The notes: generated by a model not told the origin, from the sequence alone. A stretch of DNA of 64,000 nt from a bacterium (GCA_023266935.1 JAHFOF010000001.1:27-64026); one strand, 5' to 3'; counted from the stretch's first letter, positions 36,900 through 47,292 are shown. Translations and numbers: made by a program.

Positions 36900-37064
36900 A
36901 GCCATATAATAAAAGGACAAAATAATTTCGTTATCCACAGTTTTTATTTAGTACATTGTCCTTTATGGGTATATACTATTCACAGACGCAATTCGGTGAA
37001 AGTATTCCCCTCTGGAACGCAAGATCCGATAACAGCATTGGTACAAATGTCGACACCTATATTT

Positions 37065-37290
37065 TTGGGAGTCGGCCGACTCCCCCGAAAGGAGTGCCTG
37101 GTTTGAACCCGTGTTTGGTGGAGGCTACCTTTCCTCAACCTTTAAATTTGCGATAGCGTTTAGCTTTCGCCACTCGAGTTCGTTCTGGGACTTACTTTTA
37201 TTCGAGCATTGTCACCGCCTTTGGCGGGACCTCGCAAAATGCGATGGCTCGACACACGCCCGCGGATCGCCCCGCCGGCGTTTTTGTTTA
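37065..37290 (+). ncRNA. candidate small RNA / structured leader (low confidence)
   Basis: GC-rich island in an AT-rich intergenic region; mutually exclusive hairpins (GGGAGTCGGCCGACTCCC versus ACTCC-cccgaaa-GGAGT); GC hairpin plus TTTTTGTTT at ~37262..37290. Confidence 0.25.
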
Positions 37291-37489
37291 TAAATTGATT
37301 AAATGTCTCTCATTCGTCCCTTAACTTTTGATGTTAAAATATAAAAAGTGCTAAAAACTCTTTGTTATAGGCACAATTATGACACAAAATTTTAAAACTG
37401 TGGATAAGTGTGTGGAATGTGTGTATTAAAGACATGTCTCTAATAATATATAGTCTAATTGTCTCTAATTTGAGCCATATTTTAATAAA

Positions 37490-37933
37490 TTGTCTTCACG
37501 TGAAACATTTAACTATTTGTTATTCATGAAACTAGATAATCGCACCGAAAAACGAAAATTGGGCGATATTGGCGAAAACATCGCTTGTGATTATTTGATT
37601 AGACACGGATTTGAAGTTATAGAAAGAAACTATCTTAGAAAATGGGGGGAACTAGATATTATAGCTAAAAAGAAGGGGACTATTCGTTTTGTGGAGGTAA
37701 AATCAGTTTCATGTGCAACTTTACCAAATAATGTTACTCATGTAACAGATAACTACCGTCCTGAAGAAAATGTTCATCCACAGAAGTTAAAAAGATTATC
37801 CAGAGCCATTCAAACTTATATACTCGAAAAACGTTTGGATAATGTGGATTGGCAATTAGACATCATCACGGTAAAAATCGATCAGACTAACAGAAAAGCA
37901 AGAGTTGAGATGCTTGAAAACATTATCATCTAG
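37490..37933 (+). CDS. yraN: YraN-family (UPF0102) endonuclease
   Basis: GE.IA..YL...G..I..RN.R...GE.DII motif; true start probably an internal Met. Confidence 0.75.
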   Translation: MSSRETFNYLLFMKLDNRTEKRKLGDIGENIACDYLIRHGFEVIERNYLRKWGELDIIAKKKGTIRFVEVKSVSCATLPNNVTHVTDNYRPEENVHPQKLKRLSRAIQTYILEKRLDNVDWQLDIITVKIDQTNRKARVEMLENIII

Positions 37934-37996
37934 GTGCCCCTGGCAGGAATCGAACCCACATCACTTGTTCCGAAGACAAGTACTTTATCCATTAAG
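37923..37996 (-). tRNA. tRNA-Arg (anticodon TCG)
   Basis: Cloverleaf on the minus strand: acceptor GCCCCTG/CAGGGGC, anticodon loop CTTCGGA, T-loop TTCGATT; 3' CC encoded. Confidence 0.8.
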
Positions 37997-38023
37997 CTAC
38001 AGGGGCATGCCTCGCCAACAGGC

Positions 38024-38096
38024 TACGGCCGAGGGTGCGACCAGGGAGAATCGAACTCCCATCTCATCCTTGGCAAGGACGTGTTCTACCACTAAA
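38024..38096 (-). tRNA. tRNA-Gly (anticodon GCC)
   Basis: Acceptor GCGACCA/TGGTCGC, anticodon loop TTGCCAA, T-loop TTCGATT. Confidence 0.8.
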
Positions 38097-38201
38097 CCAT
38101 GGTCGCGAACTAAATGATAATAACTTATATCGCTCAAAAAATCGAGTATTAATCGAGTGAAATTGGTAATTAGTTTTCCTCGTGTTAGGATACTTATCTA
38201 G

Positions 38202-38272
38202 CGGGCTGTATTATAGAGGTATTATTCACGATTCGGGTTCGTGGGACCCGGGTTCGATTCCCGGCAGCCCGA
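38202..38272 (+). tRNA. tRNA-Pro (anticodon CGG)
   Basis: C1:G72 acceptor (CGGGCTG/CAGCCCG), A73, anticodon loop TTCGGGT with G37, T-arm CCGGG-TTCGATT-CCCGG; D-arm atypical. Confidence 0.6.
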
Positions 38273-38288
38273 AAGTGAATAGGACAAA

Positions 38289-38359
38289 CGGGGCGTAGTA
38301 TAGTGGTAGTATACTTGCTTTGGGAGCATGTGGTCCGAGTTCGATTCTCGGCGCCCCGA
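38289..38359 (+). tRNA. tRNA-Pro (anticodon TGG)
   Basis: C1:G72 acceptor (CGGGGCG/CGCCCCG), A73, anticodon loop TTTGGGA with G37, T-loop TTCGATT. Confidence 0.6.
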
Positions 38360-38371
38360 AAGAATACCAAT

Positions 38372-38442
38372 GCGGGATTAGTTTAGTGGTAAAACGACAG
38401 TTTTCCAAACTGTAGTCGGGAGTCCGATTCCCCCATCCCGCA
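38372..38442 (+). tRNA. tRNA-Gly (anticodon TCC)
   Basis: Acceptor GCGGGAT/ATCCCGC, D-arm GTTT-AGTGGTA-AAAC, anticodon stem ACAGT/ACTGT, loop TTTCCAA. Confidence 0.65.
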
Positions 38443-38476
38443 CAAAATTTCTTGTGCGTACCGTATACTAAATACA

Positions 38477-39940
38477 ATGGATAAATTAGTTATCCCCAAG
38501 TCGATTAAAAATGTTTCTAAAATTCTCTCGGATGCTGGGTTCGAGAATTTTGTTGTGGGAGGATGCGTTCGAGACATAATCATCGGCAGGGAACCAAAGG
38601 ATTGGGATTTAAATACAAATGCTACCCCAGAACAAATTATTTCTCTGTTTTCAAAAACATTTTATGAAAATGAATTCGGCACGGTCGGAGTAGTAAATGA
38701 AGAAGAAGAAAATGAGGCCTTAAAGATTGTTGAGATCACTCCATACAGAATTGAATCTGGATATTCTGATTTTCGTCGACCAGATAAGGTTGAATGGGGT
38801 AAAACACTTGGACAAGACCTCGCTCGTCGAGACTTCACGATTAATGCACTTGCTTATGATGTTCAAAACGAAAGATTAATTGATCCTTTTGATGGGAAAA
38901 AAGATATCGAAAAGAAAATGATTCGCACAGTAGGAAAGCCCGAAGAAAGATTTCATGAAGATGCTCTTCGAATGCTTCGCGCATTACGCTTTGCTTCAAC
39001 TTTAGACTTTGTCATTGAACACGAAACTCAAGAAGCTATAGAAAAAAATGCTTACCTCCTCGAACACATTAGCAAAGAACGAATTCGGGATGAGTTTATA
39101 AAAATAATAATGTCTGATTCTCCGGCTATTGCTCTTGATTTATGTGCTCGGCTCAAACTTTTAAAATTTATCTCTCCAGAATTTGAAAAGGGGATAGGTG
39201 TTGAACAAAACAAGGCTCATGCTTATACCATTTGGGAACATCTTCTTCGTTCACTCGATCATTCAGCCAAGAAAAACATGCCATTGCATGTTCGCTTATC
39301 AGCTCTTCTTCATGACATAGCCAAACCACACACGAAAAAATGGCTAAATGGTCAGTGGACTTTTTATGGACATGAAGTAGTGGGTGCGAAAGTTGCTAAA
39401 AACATTTTGGTCGACCTCAAATTCCCCAAGGAAATCATAGATAAAGTGGTTAAATTGGTTCGTTGGCACATGTTCTTCTCTGACACCGAAGAGATATCAC
39501 TTTCGGCTGTCCGCAGGATGGTTAAAAATGTCACCCCTGAACTAATTTGGGATCTCATAGATGTTCGCACGGCAGATAGAATAGGGACTGGTCGTCCAAA
39601 GGAGACACCCTATCGTCTTCGAAAATATAAATCGATGATAGAAGAGGTGATGCGTGATCCGATATCTGTTAAACAGCTCAAGATTGGCGGAGGGGAGATA
39701 ATGAAACTAACAGACGCTCCTGCTGGTCCTCATATAGGTTTCATACTTGAAATTCTCTTGTCTGAAGTACTAGAAGATCCAACTCTCAATACAAATGATT
39801 ACCTCGAAAAGAAAGTTCTCGAGTTATACACACTCAAACTAGAAGAATTAATGGGGCTCGGGAGAGAAGCAAGAATGAAGAATGAATCAGAAGAGGAGAA
39901 AGAAAGTGAAAGGGTAAAAGAAAAATATGGTGTAAGGTAG
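38477..39940 (+). CDS. cca: CCA-adding enzyme / tRNA nucleotidyltransferase with HD domain
   Basis: GGCVRD..G....DWD nucleotidyltransferase head; HD domain (HDIAK); 487 aa. Confidence 0.85.
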   Translation: MDKLVIPKSIKNVSKILSDAGFENFVVGGCVRDIIIGREPKDWDLNTNATPEQIISLFSKTFYENEFGTVGVVNEEEENEALKIVEITPYRIESGYSDFRRPDKVEWGKTLGQDLARRDFTINALAYDVQNERLIDPFDGKKDIEKKMIRTVGKPEERFHEDALRMLRALRFASTLDFVIEHETQEAIEKNAYLLEHISKERIRDEFIKIIMSDSPAIALDLCARLKLLKFISPEFEKGIGVEQNKAHAYTIWEHLLRSLDHSAKKNMPLHVRLSALLHDIAKPHTKKWLNGQWTFYGHEVVGAKVAKNILVDLKFPKEIIDKVVKLVRWHMFFSDTEEISLSAVRRMVKNVTPELIWDLIDVRTADRIGTGRPKETPYRLRKYKSMIEEVMRDPISVKQLKIGGGEIMKLTDAPAGPHIGFILEILLSEVLEDPTLNTNDYLEKKVLELYTLKLEELMGLGREARMKNESEEEKESERVKEKYGVR

Positions 39941-39949
39941 TTTCATAAA

Positions 39950-39977
39950 CAAAAATCCCGACATTGGTCGGGATTTT
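39950..39977. terminator. bidirectional terminator between cca and hup
   Basis: ATCCCGAC-attg-GTCGGGAT hairpin flanked by A-run and T-run. Confidence 0.6.
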
Positions 39978-40020
39978 TGTGAGTGGACGAAACAAAATCT
40001 ATTCTAGTGATTCATAAATT

Positions 40021-40308
40021 TTATTTTACTGCGTCCTTGAGAGCTTTCGCCGGGCGGAACTTCGGTACTCGCATCGAAGGGACCGAGATAGATTCGCCTG
40101 TGCGGGGATTCCTAGCTTGCCTTGCAGCGCGAACTTTGGTCGAGAAGATTCCGAGACCTGCAATCGAGACTTCACCGCCCTTCTTCAAAGTTTGGACGAT
40201 AGATTCGATCACTGTGTCTACGACTTCTTCTGCTTGCACTTTCGTGCTGCCAAGTTTGCCGTGCACTGCGTTTGCGATGTCTGTCTTGTTCATTTTAATT
40301 CTCGTCAA
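40021..40308 (-). CDS. hup: DNA-binding protein HU
   Basis: GFGxF and RNPxTG motifs (GLGIFSTKVRAARQARNPRTGE). Confidence 0.9.
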   Translation of the reverse strand: MTRIKMNKTDIANAVHGKLGSTKVQAEEVVDTVIESIVQTLKKGGEVSIAGLGIFSTKVRAARQARNPRTGESISVPSMRVPKFRPAKALKDAVK

Positions 40309-40398
40309 ATTATTTCTAAAGTTCTTAGCGCCCGGTCAAGGGGTGTAAGACAATAATAATTATATCCTAAGCCGTATTTTCTCGCCAGTAGGTCCGGG

Positions 40399-41928
40399 TT
40401 ATCGAGCAAACTCTATTGCCCGTGCTTCACGGATAACATTCACTTTTATCTCTCCTGGATACTTGAGGTCTTTTTCTATTCGGATGGCTATTTCTCGAGC
40501 CAAGTTCTTCGCTTCTAGGTCTGTGACCTTCTCTGGAGTAACAAAAACCCTTATTTCTCGACCTGCCTGGAGGGCATAGGCCTTCTCAACACCATTAAAG
40601 GACAAAGCGATGGCTTCTAGGTCTTCTAGACGCTTTAGATAGTGTTCTACAGTATCTCGTCTGGCTCCTGGTCGTCCGCCAGAGATAGCATCAGCTGTTT
40701 GCACAATGATGGATTCGATAGTTTCATAAGGATATTCACCATGATGAGCTTGCATGGCCTTTATCACTTGTTCATCAACATTAAACTTTTGGAGTATTCG
40801 ACGACCAATTTCTACGTGTGTCCCTGAGACCTCGTGATCAAGGGCTTTACCTATATCGTGAAGAAGGGCACCTGTCTTGGCAATAGTTACATTCGCTCCT
40901 AGTTCTTCGGCCAACATACCCGCAAGGTGAGTCATCTCTACAGAGTGGGCCAAAACATTTTGACCATATGAGGTACGAAAATGAAGTCGCCCGAGAATTG
41001 CTAGGAGTTTCGGGTCAAGGTTATAGACTCCACACTCAAAAGCAGCAGCTTCACCTTTTTCCTTTATGATTTTATTAACCTCGGCTCGAGCTTTTTCTAC
41101 AAACTCTTCTATTTTCGCCGGTTGAATTCGTCCGTCTGTAATTAAATTCTCCAAAGACATCTTGGCCACTGCTCTACGGACAGGGTCGAAGGAGGAAAGG
41201 GTAATAGAGCCAGGAGTATCATCCACAATAACTTCTACTCCCGTGGCTCGTTCAAAGGCTTTGATGTTTCTTCCTTCCTTGCCGATTATTTTGCCTTTCA
41301 GCTCGTCAGAAGCAAGAGGAACTGAAGTAGCCATCACTTCTCCAGTCACAGAAGAGGCGAGACGTTGAATCGTGGTCGCAAGCATGTGACGAGCTTTCTC
41401 TTCTATTTTTTCTTCACTTTGAGTCTCCAGCTTTTGCATTCGGATAAGAATATCTTCTTCAGATTGTTTCTCTATCATATTTAAAAGTTCTTCACGAGCT
41501 TCCTTTGGAGAAAGTCCGGCCACTTTAGCCAACTCTTCGTTTCTTTTTTGGATTAATTCATCGGCTTTTTCTCTGATAGCTTTGATTTCACTGACTTTCT
41601 CTTTCACATATTCAACTTCTTTGTCTATATCGACCTGCCTGTTGTCCAAAAATTCTTCTTTTTTTATTAAACGATCTTCGTTTTTCTTCGCTCTATCCTC
41701 TCGTTCAGCAACAGTGTCTTCAGCTTTCTTTAAAATTTCCCCTGCTTTAGTTTCTGCATTAGAAATAACTTCTTGGGCTTCCTCACGAGCTTTGAGCTCC
41801 ATCTGTTTGATGTCCAACTCCATTGAACCCTTCTTGCCCAAAGAGATAATGACACGCAACAAATAACCGAGACCAATCCCGGCTGATGCAGCAAGCAAAG
41901 CTAGCAAAAAGGCTAATTTAAGTGACAT
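40399..41928 (-). CDS. rny: ribonuclease Y
   Basis: N-terminal TM plus coiled-coil, KH domain, HD domain (LLHDIGK). Confidence 0.9.
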   Translation of the reverse strand: MSLKLAFLLALLAASAGIGLGYLLRVIISLGKKGSMELDIKQMELKAREEAQEVISNAETKAGEILKKAEDTVAEREDRAKKNEDRLIKKEEFLDNRQVDIDKEVEYVKEKVSEIKAIREKADELIQKRNEELAKVAGLSPKEAREELLNMIEKQSEEDILIRMQKLETQSEEKIEEKARHMLATTIQRLASSVTGEVMATSVPLASDELKGKIIGKEGRNIKAFERATGVEVIVDDTPGSITLSSFDPVRRAVAKMSLENLITDGRIQPAKIEEFVEKARAEVNKIIKEKGEAAAFECGVYNLDPKLLAILGRLHFRTSYGQNVLAHSVEMTHLAGMLAEELGANVTIAKTGALLHDIGKALDHEVSGTHVEIGRRILQKFNVDEQVIKAMQAHHGEYPYETIESIIVQTADAISGGRPGARRDTVEHYLKRLEDLEAIALSFNGVEKAYALQAGREIRVFVTPEKVTDLEAKNLAREIAIRIEKDLKYPGEIKVNVIREARAIEFAR

Positions 41929-42037
41929 TTGGGTGTTTCGGAACCGTCAGGCAGGGGAGGGAAAAAGCAGAAAAAGTCAGGCGGAAAGTTAACGTTTCAA
42001 ATTTAATATAAATTGGAACACCCGAAGTGTACTATTT

Positions 42038-42613
42038 CTACAAAATCTTGTCAATTATGCCGTATTTTTTGGCTTCTTCGGAGTCCATGAAGAAATCTCT
42101 GTCACCATCCTTTTCTATCCTTTGTAACGTTTGACCAGTATTTTTAGCCAGTATTTTATTAAGAACCTCTTTTCTTCGGAGAATCCTCTTAGCACTTATT
42201 TCTATATCTGAGGCCATACCCTCTGCACCTCCTGATGGTTGGTGAATCATTACTTCTGCGTTTGGAAGGATGAATCTCTTGCCTTTTGCCCCTGCAGAAA
42301 GAATAACTGCGCCCATTGATGCTGCGAGCCCAACACACACAGTAGAGATATCACATTTAAGATGATTCATTGTATCAATAATAGCCAACCCCGCAGTGAT
42401 AACCCCACCTGGAGAATTTATGTAGAGAGAAATATCTTTCTTTGGATCTTCAGATTGGAGAAATAGAAGTTGGGCTATGACAATGTTTGCTGAATCATCA
42501 TCTATGGGACCGGCAAGGAAAATAATGCGTTCCTTAAGTAGACGAGAGTAGATGTCGTACGCTCTTTCACCATTTTGGCTCTTCTCTATGACTGTAGGGA
42601 TAAGATAACTCAT
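42038..42613 (-). CDS. clpP: ATP-dependent Clp protease proteolytic subunit
   Basis: GxSxG-type Ser-His-Asp triad region (GLAASMGA); 191 aa. Confidence 0.9.
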   Translation of the reverse strand: MSYLIPTVIEKSQNGERAYDIYSRLLKERIIFLAGPIDDDSANIVIAQLLFLQSEDPKKDISLYINSPGGVITAGLAIIDTMNHLKCDISTVCVGLAASMGAVILSAGAKGKRFILPNAEVMIHQPSGGAEGMASDIEISAKRILRRKEVLNKILAKNTGQTLQRIEKDGDRDFFMDSEEAKKYGIIDKIL

Positions 42614-42649
42614 GCGGATAGATTATATTAAACCAATAAAGGAATCAAG

Positions 42650-43615
42650 CTATTTCAAACCTTCCAGAAACTCAAAAACTTTTTCGTTGCGCATCATAGT
42701 GAACACATAAATTCGGGCCCGAAGAGGATCGGCATCCTTATAATGTTCGAGTAGGTGAGTGACTTCATGATTTAGTTCAGCTTCAGTTGGTTCTATTTTC
42801 TCTTCAACTGCAATTTTTGAAACGATTAATTCTGCTTTCGCCCGTTTCACTGCGTTTTCCTTCCACTCTTCTCGGATATTCTCTTCAGTTTTTTTAATAT
42901 TCTTTAAATAATCTTCCCATTTCATTCCCGCATGAGCGACATCATCTTTAAATTGTCCCATCATCTTCAGCAATTCTGATTCAATGAGTATTTTTGGCAC
43001 TTCTATCTCTGTTTCTTTAATCAAAGTGTCGATAATAGACAATCTTTTCTTCTCTTTGTTTTTTATTTCCTTTTCTTTCAGTAAATTTTCTTTAATTTTT
43101 GTTTCGATTGTTTCTCCTTCTTTAAGTTCTACTTTTATATTTTGCTTTTTTACCTCTTCGACCACTTCTGTCACTTCACCATCTTCTACTTTTGTTTCTA
43201 AAATTTCTGCATTTATTTTTTCTGCGATTTTTTTGTAGTCTGGAAGTTTAAATTCTGGTTCAATGGCCACAACCATCTTGAATTCTAGAGGAATGTTTTC
43301 GGCTAGTTTGGTGATGGAGACCGTTGGTCGTCCAACAGCAGGAATCTTTAATTCTTTGATGATGTTTGGATATTCTCTACCCAAGGCAATCTCAGCAGAT
43401 TCTTCGAGTACTCCGAGTTCACCTACTTTTTTTACCAAAACATCTTCAGGAATCTTGCCTGGGCGAAACCCGGCTACTTCTGAGCGATTGTTTAATTCTT
43501 TCAGAGCTTCTTTTCTACATTCGACCAAAAAGGAGAGTGCTATCTCTCCAGTGATTTCTACTTCCGAATCGGGAAGCTTTTTGGTCTTTAGTTGATCGAA
43601 GTGTTTATGAGGCAT
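42650..43615 (-). CDS. tig: trigger factor (short form)
   Basis: N-terminal ribosome-binding signature GFRPGKIP; 321 aa, apparently lacking a full PPIase domain. Confidence 0.7.
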   Translation of the reverse strand: MPHKHFDQLKTKKLPDSEVEITGEIALSFLVECRKEALKELNNRSEVAGFRPGKIPEDVLVKKVGELGVLEESAEIALGREYPNIIKELKIPAVGRPTVSITKLAENIPLEFKMVVAIEPEFKLPDYKKIAEKINAEILETKVEDGEVTEVVEEVKKQNIKVELKEGETIETKIKENLLKEKEIKNKEKKRLSIIDTLIKETEIEVPKILIESELLKMMGQFKDDVAHAGMKWEDYLKNIKKTEENIREEWKENAVKRAKAELIVSKIAVEEKIEPTEAELNHEVTHLLEHYKDADPLRARIYVFTMMRNEKVFEFLEGLK

Positions 43616-43886
43616 TGATCTGTGAACCGAGATTGTTCGTATCTGTATTCTTTAGGTCACTCTGGATTGAAGCTGGATTATCAGAAGTTGATTGGGTGTC
43701 GATATTTGAAGTATCTACCGTTGGTTCTGCAGTAGGAGAAACCTGGTTGCCATAGATATCCGTGGTGGTATCTGTGCTTCTCTGTCCCCAAAAATACAAT
43801 CCCCCAAGGACTACTACCGCCAGGATGATGATGGTTGCGATAACTGGTCCTATTGAACCCTCACCGTTATTCATGTTTGTATCCAT
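43605..43886 (-). CDS. small membrane protein
   Basis: Single TM; Thr/Ser-rich. Confidence 0.35.
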   Translation of the reverse strand: MDTNMNNGEGSIGPVIATIIILAVVVLGGLYFWGQRSTDTTTDIYGNQVSPTAEPTVDTSNIDTQSTSDNPASIQSDLKNTDTNNLGSQINAS

Positions 43887-43892
43887 GTTGGT

Positions 43893-44522
43893 TTAGTTAG
43901 TGCTTTTAGTAGTGGTTGCTTCTTCGCTATCATTATCCTTCACTTTCACTTTCTTCTCTACTCCTTGTATTAAAGTAGTGGCCTTTATCAAATATTCTTG
44001 AGTAGCCTTCAAGTCTGTTTTCGCTTTCTGTGCATCAGCTTTAATACTATCCAGAAGAGTTCTCACGGTAGTACTTGATGTAGCACTAGTGAGGTCTATA
44101 GCAGAGAAAGCAGCAATGTCTGATCGTCCGAGAGCGAGAGATGCTTTGCCCAAAGTGAGTTGAGCTTCAATGTCCGTAGTTGTTCCTCCGGCCGCTTTTA
44201 TTTTGGTTACTCTTGATTCTATTCTGGTAACAATTTTATCTAATCTGTCAGCAGTGGCAGTGAAAACTTTTATATCTTGTCGAACTTTGTTGTTTAGTTC
44301 TCTGCTTCGAAGTTCAGCCACCTTATCTTTCACTTCACTCCTCTTATCTGCTATTTCTTGTTTCTTTTGTTCAATATCTTTTTTTAGATTGTCTCGAAGA
44401 GTTTTTACTTCAACCCTTGGTTTGGTTGGTTGTTCTGTAGTGTTTGTTGTTTGAGCGAAAACAGGAAGGGTAATTAACGTTGACATCATGAGGATTGCTA
44501 GGGCGATTCTTTTGCGTGACAT
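43893..44522 (-). CDS. secreted coiled-coil protein
   Basis: Signal peptide; heptad-rich. Confidence 0.45.
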   Translation of the reverse strand: MSRKRIALAILMMSTLITLPVFAQTTNTTEQPTKPRVEVKTLRDNLKKDIEQKKQEIADKRSEVKDKVAELRSRELNNKVRQDIKVFTATADRLDKIVTRIESRVTKIKAAGGTTTDIEAQLTLGKASLALGRSDIAAFSAIDLTSATSSTTVRTLLDSIKADAQKAKTDLKATQEYLIKATTLIQGVEKKVKVKDNDSEEATTTKSTN

Positions 44523-44640
44523 TTTGAGTATATTAATTAACTTTTATTGTCTGCCGTTCCCGTATTAACTTTTACATTTTAACATATTTCTCCTTAGAGA
44601 ACCAAATTAGATAAGACTGGTTGGTAAGGTCAGAAAAGCC

Positions 44641-45780
44641 TTATTTTACTTCACTAATTGCCTCTGAGGAAGCCAACTCTTCTCCTTTCGCAGATTGAAC
44701 ATCGATTTTCCAACCCGTGAGCTTCGCAGCGAGACGAACGTTTTGACCGCCCTTGCCAATCGCAAGAGATTGCTGGTCTTCGGAAACATTTACCACAGCG
44801 GTTTTTCCTGATTCATCTTCTTTAAGATCGATGCTCATTACTTTCGCTGGAGACAAAGCTTCTTCGATAAACTTTTTAGGGTCTTCATTCCATTCGATCA
44901 CATCAATCTTTTCTCCACGGAGTTCGCTCATCACTGTCGAAACTCTAACTCCGCGTTGTCCAACGAGTGAACCGACCGGGTCGATGTGACTATCTTTGGC
45001 CTCTGCAGCGATTTTTGAACGATATCCTGCTTCTCTGGCAATCGCTTTGATGGTGACTGCACCGTTTTGTAATTCAGGAGCTTCAGCTTCAAAAAGCTTT
45101 TCCAAAAACTTTGGATGCGAACGAGAAAGTCGGAGGAATACTCCACGAGGAGATTCTTCTACGCGATAGAGGTATGCGCGGACTCGCTCACCTTGGGCGA
45201 AGTGTTCTCCGGGAATTTGTTCTTCATAAGGCAGAAGGCCCGTGGCTCGTCCCATGTCTACGAAGATGTTGCCTCGTTCGATTCTTTGGACCGTACCAGA
45301 AACAATCTCACCTTCTCGTTTACCGAATTCGGCGACCACAGAGGTTTTTTCTGCTTCACGAATCTTTTGCATAATCACTTGCTTCGCAGTTTGAGCAGCG
45401 ATGCGACCATAGTCACCCTTGGATTCAATAGGGAAGATGATTTCTTCACCAACTTGCGCGTCTCTTTTAATTTTCTTCGCATCTTCAAGGAGAATATGTT
45501 TTTCTGGGTCATAAATCGCTCGCTCGTCTCCTTCTTCAAGTTCTGCATCTTCGTCGAAGACTACAGTGGATTTATCTACAACTTCTTTCACTTGAAAAAA
45601 TTCAACCGCACCATTCTTCACATCAAAAGTGGTTCGAATAATCTGTCCACGCTTGCCGTATTCCTTTTTGTAAGCAGTTGCGAGTGCAGCTTCTATAGCT
45701 TCTAAAATTTTCGCACGAGGAATACCTCGAACTTCTTCGAGCTCACCGAGTACTGAATTGATGACTTTTAGATCAAACAT
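44641..45780 (-). CDS. nusA: transcription termination/antitermination factor NusA
   Basis: N-terminal domain, S1 domain, two KH domains; 379 aa. Confidence 0.9.
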   Translation of the reverse strand: MFDLKVINSVLGELEEVRGIPRAKILEAIEAALATAYKKEYGKRGQIIRTTFDVKNGAVEFFQVKEVVDKSTVVFDEDAELEEGDERAIYDPEKHILLEDAKKIKRDAQVGEEIIFPIESKGDYGRIAAQTAKQVIMQKIREAEKTSVVAEFGKREGEIVSGTVQRIERGNIFVDMGRATGLLPYEEQIPGEHFAQGERVRAYLYRVEESPRGVFLRLSRSHPKFLEKLFEAEAPELQNGAVTIKAIAREAGYRSKIAAEAKDSHIDPVGSLVGQRGVRVSTVMSELRGEKIDVIEWNEDPKKFIEEALSPAKVMSIDLKEDESGKTAVVNVSEDQQSLAIGKGGQNVRLAAKLTGWKIDVQSAKGEELASSEAISEVK

Positions 45781-45949
45781 ATTAATGATTTTCTTGAGCA
45801 GAGCGATTAGAAAATCTTAATCCCGCCTTGGCGGGATGTAAGAAATTTATACTCGTATACTCGTTAAATTTCTAATCATTCTACTAAAGAAGTCCGCCTT
45901 TCGGCGAACTTCTATTTACTCGTTTAGTATACACGATTGGTGTTTTTTG

Positions 45950-46882
45950 TCAAGAATTATTTCCCCTTGAATGAAACTTCTTATGCGTATCTCGTAGAGC
46001 TTTGTCGGTCACGTGGGTATAGATTTGAGTAGTAGCGATGTTTGCGTGGCCCAAAAGCATCTGGACTGAACGAAGGTCTGCGCCGTTAGAGAGTAAGTCT
46101 GTGGCGAACATATGCCTGACCACATGGGGAGTGACTCGTTTAGATATTCCTGCTTTAATCGCCAATTTTTTTATAATGCGTTCAACCGAGCGGGAAGTGA
46201 GTCGAGTTGGTTCTTCACTCTCATTCACAAACAAAGCATCGTCCATATCTTTTCTTTTTTCCAAATATTTTTTTATAGCATCTTTTGATTCATCAGATAA
46301 GAAAACTACTCGCACTTTCTCACCCTTACCTCGAACAGAAAATTCATCACTCTTTAGATTGATATCTCTGGGTAGGGAACAGAGTTCAGACACACGCAGA
46401 CCGGTGGAAAAAAGAGTTTCTACGATGGCTTTGTCTCTCAACCCTTGGAGAGTCGCAGTATCTGGCACTTCGAGAAGTCGAAGAAGTTCTTCATGAGTGA
46501 TTAAATCAATCTGCCTCTCTCCAACTTTGGCCAATTCAATCACTTCTGGAGAGATGACCTTTTCACCCCTCTTGGCCAAATATTTCAAGAATGCCCGCAA
46601 AGCGATGAGGTAATAGTTTTGGGTTTTTTTCTTCAGTGTGTTTTCTCCAGAATAAGAACTGCGCTCTCGCGTGCCTTGTCTGTTCAACCACAACCTAAAC
46701 TCTCGAATCAAATCCTGAGTGATGTTTTTAGGATCCTTGACCTTTGCAAACCCAAGAAACCGAGTGAGGTAGTGGTCATAGTTTTCTACCGTTTTCAAAC
46801 TGCGTCCTCTCTCTATTTCTGTATATTCGAGGAATTCTCGCTTCAATCGTTCAAGTTCTGTAGTAGTTGCCATGTCGCACAA
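45950..46882 (-). CDS. xerC: tyrosine recombinase XerC/XerD family
   Basis: R..H..R..Y catalytic residues (HVVRHMFATDLL, LLGHANIATTQIYTHV). Confidence 0.85.
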   Translation of the reverse strand: MCDMATTTELERLKREFLEYTEIERGRSLKTVENYDHYLTRFLGFAKVKDPKNITQDLIREFRLWLNRQGTRERSSYSGENTLKKKTQNYYLIALRAFLKYLAKRGEKVISPEVIELAKVGERQIDLITHEELLRLLEVPDTATLQGLRDKAIVETLFSTGLRVSELCSLPRDINLKSDEFSVRGKGEKVRVVFLSDESKDAIKKYLEKRKDMDDALFVNESEEPTRLTSRSVERIIKKLAIKAGISKRVTPHVVRHMFATDLLSNGADLRSVQMLLGHANIATTQIYTHVTDKALRDTHKKFHSRGNNS

Positions 46883-46930
46883 TATTATACCTCACTTGAT
46901 TAAAAATGGCTTGTATGCTATCATTATTCG

Positions 46931-47197
46931 GTGATTTCAAAGACCAAAAAAGCCAAAGTTATCAAAGAAGCCCAGATCCACGATAAGGATACGGGTTCTG
47001 CAGCTGTACAAATTTCAATACTTTCGAAGCGCATAGAAGAGCTCGCTGCTCATTTAAAGAAGAACAACAAGGACAACCACTCTCGCCGAGGATTACTCGC
47101 GATGGTTGCTGACCGACAGGCGCATATGAAATACCTTGAGAAGAAAAGCCCTAAAACAGCCTTGGCTCTCCAAAAGAAAATCGGTCTGAAGAAATAA
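46931..47197 (+). CDS. rpsO: 30S ribosomal protein S15
   Basis: 88 aa; HLKKNNKDNHSRRGLL motif. Confidence 0.9.
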   Translation: MISKTKKAKVIKEAQIHDKDTGSAAVQISILSKRIEELAAHLKKNNKDNHSRRGLLAMVADRQAHMKYLEKKSPKTALALQKKIGLKK

Positions 47198-47292
47198 GAA
47201 ACAGCTTCAAGCTGTCAGCTTCTAGTGATTAGCTTTGATTCTAAATTCAAAAGCTATAAGCTAGCACCTAAAAGCTAGAACCTATTTAAATA

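Noticed and set aside
37065-37290. tmRNA at the GC-rich intergenic element
   Set aside because: No tRNA-like acceptor or CCA end, and no tag reading frame ending in hydrophobic residues plus stop. The GGTTTGAACC palindrome is internal, not near a 3' end.
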